From Phoronis australis (Eukaryota > Animalia > Phoronida), in assembly GCA_002633005.1 (NCBI GenBank), contig NMRA01000373.1, positions 248,001 through 312,000 on the forward strand: a DNA stretch of 64,000 nucleotides, in the 5' to 3' direction. How positions within the stretch are numbered: the stretch's first letter is position 1; every line of letters begins with the position of its first letter. The notes beneath the pieces were generated by a model. The model was not told the DNA's origin, ran no database searches, and saw only the letters and a list, made by a program, of their open reading frames with translations. This document shows positions 39,829 to 50,267 of this stretch, one piece after another. A program made the translations under genes and the position numbers.

Positions 39829-40071
39829 CATGCGCGCACCCAGGGTGGAGGGGGGGGGGGNTGGCTAGGTGGACAAAAAGATCCGCCTCAGAGAAAAAAA
39901 AATCCGAGAAAACGAGACAAAAAGTTCAATAGGAAGGCGCAAACGCACAATTCACAGGTATCGACGTGGTACCCCGTTTTTTCTTTTTAGTCCTTTGGTT
40001 TTTTGTCGGTAAAAGGTCCACATCGTCGGAAATTCGAGCCCCCCCCCTTTCAAAGGCTTGGTGCCCGCATG
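39829..40071 (-). mobile_element. MITE, same 5-bp-TSD family (TSD TGTCC/TGACC)
   Basis: catgcgcgcacccag...ttggtgcccgcatg. Confidence 0.75.
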
Positions 40072-40446
40072 TGACCTCTCCATGAGACTAAAAAACGAAA
40101 GAAAAGACTATCAGGAAGAATGCGTAATTAAGGTATGTTCGCTTCGACCAAATAAAAAAGTCACCCCCAATTGGTGTTTCGGGTCCTGCTCCCCCCCTTC
40201 GCTTTTTGGTACCCCCGTCGTCGCCTCTTTTTGGGGCTTCCGGTTACGTCCAGTGTTTGCTGCCCCATACTATGTTTCAAGTTTTAGGCTCAAGTAGACT
40301 AATGAAAAACACTGGTCATGAGAGTGGTTTATTTTGTTTGCTGGACAAGCGTCAACGTCCTATGCGACAAAACTTTCGATGAGTGGCATGCTATGTTTTC
40401 GTTCAACTATGATTTCTTCTGAAATCTGACGTCACCTGGCGGCAAT

Positions 40447-40589
40447 TCAACATCTACTTTGAGGCCACCGCTGATATCTTCTATTCCACTTTTGGTAACG
40501 AATACACTGCGACATTTGGTAGTCACATTGGCACTTCATCACTCGACAATGTCTTCTTCTATTCCATCGCGAGTATGCCGAACGTGATT
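40447..40589 (-). CDS. sPLA2 copy D last coding exon
   Basis: cttatag| acceptor; 143 nt; CQCDYQMSQC; not in the ORF track. Confidence 0.92.
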
Positions 40590-43500
40590 CTATAAGAGAA
40601 GACCAAATTACAAGTTGGACAAGAACACTTCTACAATTTTCTTGAAAACTTTAATATGTATAACGTACAATCTAAGTGGTTCATTGCTCACCAGCTGACA
40701 AAGTAACACCTTGAGATCTGGATTGATAATCCACAATTGTTCAGATTTATTCCGTCAGTTAGAGCAAAGTGAACTAACGATTATGCGTTAGAAATCCTGT
40801 CAGTTTTTTAACAAAACATATTTATGAAGGACTGTTCCCAAAGTTAATAGGCCCACTGCATGACTGAATTAGGGTCTCCATTGGCGTCAAGATCCAAAGG
40901 ACGTCTTCGGAAAATAGATGTTAACAAAAATACTGTACAATGATTACGGATTTCTTCAGTTGAAAAAATATGGTCTTAACTAGCGTTTCACGGATACAAT
41001 TTCGGACTCATTTCCGCACTTTAAAGGTTACTTCGAGATTATATTCCTTTGAGAATGCTGCAACACTACTTACAGAAAAAAAACAAAACGCTCATTGTTT
41101 TTAAAAATTTCACTTTTAAAATTTGACTTGTTTGGATTTTTATAGGACGAGACGTACAAATATCACCAGCAAAAGTGGTTGATGATAATTTCTAAGAAAC
41201 AAAGACATACTGCGGACAACTTACTACATGTCTTACGTCGTGCCTTGCAGGCATACGTCCGATACCACAGCAAGTAAAGTCTAAACGAGGGCATTTTACA
41301 ACCGCGAGTAGCCAGAATCCTGTCGTAACAGCGATCATGAATTCTACAGCAACTGGAACGACAAACAAACTAAAATTTTAAAACAGTCGAGATTCCCCGA
41401 TCTGAGGGGCATCAACTGACAACCGGTGGACACCAGGAGACTTCACATCCCTCCGTTCAGTATGATAAATCACGTAGAAAATAAATCCGAAACTAAAAGA
41501 GGCGATCCAGGTCCTCCAAGTGATACACTTGTGTTTCGAAAAGTATTATAAATGTACGTAAATAAAAAAACAATAATGGATCAACTGAAATTTTCGGATA
41601 TATGTAATAACATCCTTCGTCGTTTTATCTGTCTCTGTTGACGAAGGATGTTATTGTATCCGAAAATTGCACTTGATCCATTATTGTTGTCTTATCTACG
41701 TATATTTATTTCGTTCAATAGCGATATAAAAGAAACTGAGATCGGGCCCAGTTCACCTCAGAACCCCTCAGGGTCTGCGGGGTTGAAACCGATCAACTGC
41801 CGTCTGAAGATTAAAACTGCAATATGCTGCTCAATGACAATAAACATCTACGCTCAGACTATTAAGAAGTGATATGTTGGCACGTACAGATTATGAAATT
41901 ATGATGGGCCGTTGGGGGGAAAGTGTCGCCGGAAAAATACGAGCGTAATTGTGTACATTACGCCGTCATTTACGCCGTTAATAACGCAGTAAAATTACGA
42001 GCGTAATTTAATTCTTTACGGCGTAAAATTACGCTCGTAATTTAGTTTAAACTCTTAGCCAATGACGTTGGGTTTTACAATCCAAGATTGCGCGCTCATG
42101 GAAATACTTATTTACTGGCGGGTTTCATGTCTACGACACGAGCGCTGAAACATGGCGGAACAAATCGCTGCTGCCATGTCAGCGATTGTGCAAGAACGAG
42201 CTGCCCAGCAACAGTCGTGTATCTTAGGTCATCACTGATTGGTTTAAATTTGGAACATTTAAGCCATTTAATTTTCGGGCGTAATTTTACCGCAACACTT
42301 TTGCAATTTACTTACGCTCGTAATTACGAGCGTAATTTTACGGCGAAACTTTTCCCCATTTAATTTACGAGCGTAATTTTACGGCGACACTTTTCTCTCA
42401 ACTGCCCACCATATGATATCGTGGACGCCACCGGTGTGACTGGCAATTAATTTTCACCGTAAATTCCTCGCAATGAGTATTAACATGAACGCAAGACCAA
42501 CAACATCTGGACGTGTAGCCAGAGTGGTACAGTTGCGTAGACAGGAATATCGTCACCCGGGGCGTCATGACAAATTGGTGGCCGATCCTACCCGGCTTCC
42601 AGCGATGTCGCGGCGGTGCTTCCTCTTGGTCGCCACCATGATTTTTGTTTTGCCTCCCTGGTCATTTGTGCTGCATTCGGCCCGCACGGTGCTGCTCCCT
42701 GGCGTCGTAGGTCTAGCCACTGGGGTGATGTTTCACGGTAACGGTGGCGTGAAGTATAAAATCCTGACCGCTTTCGTGGTAGATATATCTTTAAGGGAAT
42801 AAAATCACCAATGCCAGATGATGATGTCAGACACGAAACATCATTTCCACAAAGTGTTTTGAGCAGGCGTTTGTTTTACGATGCGCTGTTCTCGTGGATA
42901 GCATCAAACCGCATTAATATTCGCCTACCCCACGAGTCCCAAGGTAAGTCACACGTGTAGCACGATTCCTATGAAAATTTCACTTACTTATCAAATCCGT
43001 CTACAGGGCGCCCTCTTCCGCCAACGCCACAGTAACATCCGTAGCGCAAGAGGCGGCGAGCAGTCAATCTCACTCCCCGTTGAAGATATGGTCGGGCACA
43101 CTTCAGCACCCGCAAGAATCTTAGTGCTGAACGCTTTGATACGGCGATTGTTTTCTCGTCATCTAAATATGGAATAGTTTGTATTACATCACATGCGAAA
43201 ACCAGGTGTGCGACAAGCGCAGGCAAAAGCGCAAGATCACGCCAGACTTTGCAGAATGTCGCCATCATGATGTGCAACTTGCGAAGCACATGATCACGCA
43301 AACTCTTTACAAGAACCTTAAATTTACGGAACTCAACCCTGCTTGATGAGTTCAAGACGTAGGCCTGGTTACGGCTTTTTTAACAATATATTTCCTCGGC
43401 AACGATGCATTTTACACATTAGCATTTTATGGCTACACCAAATTTGAGATAAAATATCCAGTGAACTCATTTTTAAACTGGGTCTCCATACTGATGTAAA

Positions 43501-44841
43501 TACGCGCATGGGCAGTGAACCGTGGGAATTGCCCTCAACACACATTTTTGCTCGGTTAGTAAGAATTTCAATAGAGAAGATTCAACGGATGCACTGTGTA
43601 TTCATGAACGCCACTTTCATGTTTAACAAAATGTCGTGTTCATTTTTCAAAATGATACACGGTACGTGTTTGCCTGGAAACAAGTTGTGTATTTACTTTC
43701 AAAAAAGCCAGTGAGCGCGTTGAGGATTTTTTGCACCAAGCGATTAGAGGCACTTTAGGCTGTCCAAGGGGTGCTTTGTCGGAAATCAGCTAACCCTTTG
43801 TTCATCGAACGCCACCCTGTTGTTCTGAGTACTCACACTTTCTCACTCCAGTCTCACGTATACGTGTGTATAGTGCAGTTACCGCTGAAGGGATCCCTGC
43901 GGTCAACCCGACAGTGGGTATATACTGTGAATATTTACCCCTCCAATAAATTTGCGAGAGATCAAGCTCGCAAAATTTTAGCTCACGCCGTCACCTAAGT
44001 TTCATGAACGTAGTCTGAAGAAGTAACGAACTTTCAGTTTGTTTAAAGCCCAGACATCACAGTTGTTTTGACTACGGTATAATTTGAGACACATTTTATG
44101 ATGGTAAATAACTTCAATCGAAACTTGTTGTTTACAGAAAGCGCGGATTCGATGTCGCTTTATCATAAGCGCTGTATTGATTCCTAATTGTTCAAGCCTT
44201 GTAGCGTGAGCGTACTTCGATCGGCACAGATTCAGTGGTGCCGCATTGTTTCAGCGACGACTGGATTACCTACAGGAGTATTTTGTCTGAATTAATGGCA
44301 TGCACGTAAAATAAAAAAAGCATTTCAATTACTATCACTATTTTCACAGAGATAACCGTGTAATGTAATAATAAAATGGGTTCAAATCTCGTGGTGGGAT
44401 TGAGGATTTTGCGACTTGTGGTAGGGGAGTCGACCTAGTGCGGGCCTTCCATACTTTAATACAATTCTCATTTTTACTTTTGCTATGATATATTGAAATG
44501 TTGCTAAGTAAACACAACACGTACAAGAAGTAAATGTGATGAGGTATTATACTGTACACCTGTTGAGCGTGTTATCAATGTGGTTTATAGTTCTCCTGCT
44601 AACCTATACGCCGACAGTGGTATAGGCGATTGGCACATTCGGCAATTTGTAATCTGAATAAAAGTTCTTAAAAATAAATAGAAGACTATAATTATATGCA
44701 CGCTAGCTTTGAATTATGTCACCGAAGCCTGCGAAATCATGGTGAGTTAAATATATTGCTGCTACAATTCTGACCTGAATGGACTTCGGAGGCGGTAGAC
44801 GCCAAAATGACCGTCATCAACAGCAAACCAACGACCTTCAT
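40447..44841 (-). CDS. Secreted phospholipase A2 copy D, intact, 170 aa (exons 44841-44775, 43162-42988, 41352-41225, 40589-40447)
   Basis: MKVVGLLLMTVILASTASEVHS/DDEKTIAVSKR-SALRFLRVLKCARPYLQRGVRLTARRLLRYGCYCGVGGRGRPVDGFD/NCCRIHDRCYDRILATRGCKMPSFRLYLLWYRTYACKARRKTC/KSRSAYSRWNRRRHCRVMKCQCDYQMSQCIRYQKWNRRYQRWPQSRC*. GT-AG introns, 513 nt; AATAAA at 40333-40328. Confidence 0.92.
41225..41352 (-). CDS. sPLA2 copy D active-site exon
   Basis: ccag|T TGC TGT AGA ATT CAT GAT (CCRIHD); |gtaagt; 128 nt. Confidence 0.93.
41548..41710. repeat. Foldback palindrome (~70-bp imperfect arms, ~20-nt loop) in intron 2 of copy D
   Basis: aacaataatggatcaa...aataacatccttcgtc / gacgaaggatgttatt...ttgatccattattgtt. 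Confidence 0.8.
41902..42411. mobile_element. MITE with TA TSD and subterminal ttacgagcgtaa repeats
   Basis: ta|tgatgggccgttg..aaagtgtcgccg ... cggcgacactttt..caactgcccacca|ta. Confidence 0.75.
42988..43162 (-). CDS. sPLA2 copy D coding exon 2 (6-codon insertion relative to paralogues)
   Basis: 175 nt versus 157 nt; YGCYCGVGGRG; 3' part of ORF 42984..43355. Confidence 0.92.
44775..44841 (-). CDS. sPLA2 copy D signal-peptide exon
   Basis: MKVVGLLLMTVILASTASEVHS; donor G|gtcaga, phase 1. Confidence 0.82.
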
Positions 44842-46648
44842 TGTTGACTTATTTTATATCAACCTAAAATGAAAAAACATTCGCTTAAATCAGGTTTACT
44901 TCACTTGGTGTTTTCGTGTATATTCTGTCAACTTTTAAAACTTTTTAAATAATAAATTAATGTTAAATTGAAAACGCCAACGGTTTCGTAAACGTTAAGT
45001 CAAGCTTCACTTGCATTCTATTTTAAATCTTGAACCTTAGGTTTATTCAAGTATTATCAAGACGTGTCAATGATAACTATGACACATTATTGTGAATACA
45101 TTATTATTTATGTTCGATGCGTGTCCCAACGATAAAAGATGAGTCACGAACTAACAGTAGGTAGAGATGAAAATAAGACAGTAGGTTGGGAAAATGACAA
45201 AATACAGGTACAAATGAGTATGCGGTATTTAGACTCAATGCTCAGCTACCAAAAATAAAGACTATAATGCCCCATGAATTGTTATGAAGTCTTTAGACCC
45301 GGTACATGTACATGTACATGATAAAGTTTGCATATGTGAGTAAAATTTGCACACGAGTGTAAAAGTACATTTACTACGCGTTCATAATATCTTATCAAAA
45401 CCAAAACCTGTGATCTCCATGTTCATCGAAATAATCACTGTCATCACGAGCAAATTCTTTTAGCAAGAAAGTAGAGCTTCCACATTATTGTCAATTAGGT
45501 TGATCAACTTGGTGTCTATGTTTGCATTAGAGCGAACTTTGTGAAAAAGGGAACGATCACAAGACTGGAGGGAGAATTTCGTAAAAGAATCATATGGAAA
45601 TGAACGATGGGTTAAAATTTCAGAGTGATTAAAGAGATACTTTATCTGTTACGAGAAGAACTTCAAGCAGGGTAACTTGTTCAATTCACTCTAAACGGTG
45701 GGAGGTCTTGTTTCTCTTTGGGTCTATATTTCCTCGAAATCAAACCCAAAATTATTTTTTGCATTTTTTATTCTACTTTGGTGCGAACTCAAGATAAGTG
45801 TTTATCATTATTCTAGTATGCTCTAGCAAGCAATGTTTTTACTCGAGTTAGTGGCTCCAATCTAGAGGCCATGATCGTGCGAACTTGGACTAGAAATTGA
45901 TATGCTTAAACCATAATGTACGGTACTCTAGTTAACACTAACAGGTATTTGTTTTGAGCTCGCACAAATGAACACTACAATACGTTCTCAAAAAGATCAT
46001 CAATAAACAGTCTCATTTTGTGACATGATAGGGATTTTACACGAACAGGATCAACCACTGTCGCTTTTGTGATTTGATAACAAATATCCAATATTCTCAA
46101 GATCGCAGTTGGCTGCCAGTCGTTGGGATCGAGGCCGGTGACCTTACCTGTTAAAACTTCAAATACTGGACTACATGCCGAATGGAGTTTGATTCCGCTA
46201 GCAAAGCGTTGGACTGCAATCGTCGAGATCTGAGTAGTGTTCGCCTTTGGCAGCCCGATCTCAAACATAAATTTTCTCGTCAATTGTGACACTCTATGGG
46301 AAGTCTTGTTTAGGCGCAAATTCGACTGTCGAAATAGAAATTTTCAACAGCCGTCAAACAACAGAGCTCACGAAGGGTCTAATCTCAGACTTGAAAAGTC
46401 TTGTATTTTTGACGTGATTTGAGTACCGATTTGCAGCAACTTTACTCCTAGCGGGCCATGCCACTGGTCAATTTTCGTGTTTATCAGAACCGTACGTAAT
46501 AGGACAATTAAACTGATAGTAATGAAAACGAACGTACTCAGTTCCTGAATTTTTTACGTGGCCTTTAAAACTTTTAAGATGCGTTCATACACGAGCAACA
46601 TTTTCTTTTCAAAGCCAGTAAATATACTTTGTCAGTTACATTACTCAC

Positions 46649-46745
46649 GAGTTCCGTTCGGCTCGTCTCCCCGAGTGGCGCCGATACGTATGACCTTTAC
46701 CGTTGTTGACTACGTGTTTTACGCTAGGTAGTTCAATTTTAAATA
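46649..46745 (-). promoter_or_regulatory. Putative non-coding first exon and TATA-like box of copy D (duplicated at about 50777-50873)
   Basis: Donor ctc|gtgagt at 46648; shares atgacctt..gttgttga and the intronic ttttaagatgcgttc with the A/C block; TATTTAAA at 46745-46738. Confidence 0.42.
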
Positions 46746-49277
46746 AAAAAACAGCGCTCAAATAATTGACATTTTTGCAATATTACGGCAGTTATCCATA
46801 AAAATAATGTGCACAGAAGATCCACGCAAACCAAAATAAGTTTAGGCCTATATTCGGACCCAAAGGTCCATTATCGGTTTTAGTCCGAAAAAACGTATTT
46901 TGAGGTTATCATTGGATGGGGGTAATCTTGTTTAAATTACAAACTATAAAACAACATGTTTGTAGTGTTTTTATAACAGATCACCAATTTCGTCGTGAGA
47001 CGAAGAGTTGGCAAACCTCGTTTAAAACCTTGCTTGTATGAGTTTGTGTGACCTTTGAAAATACCTTAAGTTCGTGGATTTTCCTAAGTTGATGCCGTCG
47101 GGCGCTTTTCTCTTCAAGTAGTCTTGTGACACCATAATCAATAGTGAAGATGACCATGAAGTCATTGATTGAAGTATCCGAAGCAGCGAGGAGACATGGC
47201 AATCCTCTGGATGGATATGTCTGCATTACAAGCAGCGACTGCAACATCATCAGTAGAACACCAGGCAAGAAGGTAGTCACCTTTGCAGACTGGAGACCCG
47301 ACTGCACCAGGTAAGGACCGAATGAAATTCGTGACAGCAGCGCATTACGATCCGAGAAGCGTTCTGGGTGAGAAAAACGAGATCACGCAAGACTGCTCAA
47401 AATCATACGAGTGAAAGGCGAGAATTTCGCGAGTATGCCGAGACCTTGGCTAGCGCACCCTTGGCAAAATAGCGGCTACTGAAGTGATTGGTCGGTGAGG
47501 TTGGAATATCGAATTATGGGATTGAATTTATGAATTAGGGATAGAACTCACCGCTTCCCTATCAAAATTGAGAATTTTTTTGCTACAAGTGCAATATTAA
47601 TCTATTGTGTCCACAGAACATAGAATCCCCGCCATGTAGTAGCGCCTTAGAAATGATCAGCAATAAAAGAACGACATTCATAACATACTAGGTTGCTATT
47701 AAGAAGAACACTATTAATAAACAAAATACACAAATAGATTTTATGTCACTCTTCCTTTAACCAACAAGACACAGACAACACATTAGAACATTCATAAAAT
47801 GGTAATTGCCGACCAAGGACACGCATAGTTCGAATTGGTCGTTTATGCTAGGCGACCACTTTGCCGACCCAAGTTCCGACCGCAGAGGCGACTCAGCAGA
47901 CGGCTGCTAGCCGACCCTTGTTGGTCGGCAGATGGTCGGCTAGAAGACCTGTCGTCGACTCGTCGTCGACCAATTTCCGACCGGGCGGACAAAAATTCGT
48001 GATGTGTGCTGTAGCTCCGCTGTGATGCGTTCGATGGATGCTAGACACTCAAGAGTAAAACCATTGTGATCACTGTTTGGTTGTAGTGCACGGCGACGTT
48101 GCAAACCCTTGTGTGATCTTTCGTTTTAGCGTCAGTGTGTCTTGCAACCACGGAATGCAGTGCTGAACTATGAAAGCAATAGCTAAAACTAGCGCTGCAC
48201 ACTGGTGCTACTTATAAATCCAATCCCATATCGATGTATTCTAATCGATAGGCTATTCTTACAGTTTTTATGGATATTTGCACAAACACAGATGTGGAAA
48301 TAAATTCGGACGAAAGTACGAAACTGATCACAATCTCCAACCATATGAACGTGTGCACGACTGTTGATCTTTTCAAAGATCAACATATAGTGTATGTTTA
48401 TGTCAGGCATGCCTTGGTGTGCGTGGTTATAGTTCAACATGTCGGGTTAGGATCCTGTGTGCGTGGTAAGAGTTCTTGATGTGTGCAGTGTTTGACTTCT
48501 CCAAGACGTGTTCTGTGTTCGGTTATAGGAAACTATGCTCCCAAAGTGTTCAGTGCATTTGCAGACTTTGTTTATTCCCTAATTTTGCATTTTCTTGCCA
48601 CTATAGCATTACTGTGAGGTAATTTTTTACTGATGACACTTTCATATTAATATATCAGAAAAATGAACCCACATTTCAATGAAAACAAACAGGGAAAAAG
48701 TCCTGAAATTAGGGGGTCCCATTTATTTCGATTCATTGCAATATTTAATTTCAATAACATTAAGAATAAAATGTATAGTTTACTCTTGGTATGTACAAAG
48801 CTAAGACTTGACGTAGCAATGAAGATAAAATAGCAGAAGAAAAAACAGTAAGTGTTTGCACAAAGTTCACAAATGCACTGAAAATTTAGGGAACATAGTT
48901 GAGTCCCTAGTGGGACTGTTGTGGCACGCAACTGGGGTCCACAGTATAGTGGGGTTTAATTAGTACCCGTTACTGTACTGTTAAGAGGTAAAAAGACTAG
49001 CATCATAGATCGAGCTCAGGGTGTGACCACAGCTGGTAATGAACAATAAATATCACTCCATGCATGGACGTTCCAGTTTGCATGGTATATACATGCTCAG
49101 TCCATTCTCCAGGAAGATAGTGACCTGGTAGTAATAACACGTGCTAGCAGCCTTTACGTTACCACTTCGGGCACTCTCATATGACACGGTACGAGTGATA
49201 TCTGCAGGGATAACATGCTGAAAAGCAAACCTGAAAACAGAAGGTCTCTATATTATGAGACATGGCTAACGATTTAA

Positions 49278-50267
49278 GAGTGACTCCATATAAAAACCAA
49301 CAGGTAGAGTCTATACCCAAAATCACCGATTTTTTTGAAACTTAGCACATGAGTTTGGTTTGTTGAGATGTAGAAAAACCTCACTTTTTAAGAATTTTCA
49401 TTCATTATTATTCTTTTTATGACCTGTACCTCCATTTTGCAACAAAATTGGGCTTCGAAGTAGGCATGTTTGAATGCATTTTACTAGTATGTGTGGTACG
49501 GTCAAAACAAATGAATGATACGAATTGAAAGGGCAATGGCTGAATAATTTAATGGCATAACGTTCAAAATTCATTTTGTAACAGAGCAAGTCTCCATTGA
49601 ACCTCAGAATATGTATTTTCTCTCATCAGGCATTCGTTTCAGTTCAATTTGCACNTATTTAAAGCAGACTTCTTGCCTAAAAGTTTGTTCAAATGGTTTG
49701 TAAACTCTGCTCGTCATTTCCAAACTATGAAAATAGACAGTTTTGCAAGACAATTTTCACTAAAGTGCAAAGTTGAGGCAAGATTTTTTATTGCTCAGTC
49801 ATCAAGACTAACTCTTTAACTGTATGTTCAAAACGTCACATAAGGCTACAAGGTGTTTTATGGCAGTAAGAAGGTCACAAAAATGGCCACTAAAATTAGC
49901 CTCAAAAAGTGGTCTATGGATTATCTCCCCTGTCTAGCACAAAACTGTTAGATTTTAAAATGTGGCACAGATTTATGCACAGTATACGTTGGTTATTTCA
50001 GCCACCAAAATATAGCTTTTGATCTGTTTTGTATGTTACTCATTTTTGTTGCTGAAAATATGCAATTTTTGAGACGGCTAATATGCCCAATTGTGCCAAT
50101 TTGTGTTATCATGCTCCAGCGGTGAAATTAGGGGTCATTGAGTGCACAAAATTTGGCATTTGGGTTTTTGTTAGGATACATACCCACGTACAAAAAATGA
50201 AGTTGTTTTAAATTTTGACGTATAGACTGATTTTTGAAAATCTACTGGTTTTTATATGGACTGCCTC
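49278..50267. mobile_element. TTAA-flanked TIR element (Kolobok/piggyBac-like, non-autonomous), copy 1
   Basis: ttaa|gagtgactccatataaaaacca ... tggtttttatatggactgcctc|ttaa; n at 49655. Confidence 0.78.

Noticed and set aside
46981-47307. Duplicated 108/92-aa ORF with a hydrophobic stretch (MQSG..)
   Set aside because: Non-ATG start, 4-nt indel between copies; conservation is explained by the recent duplication.
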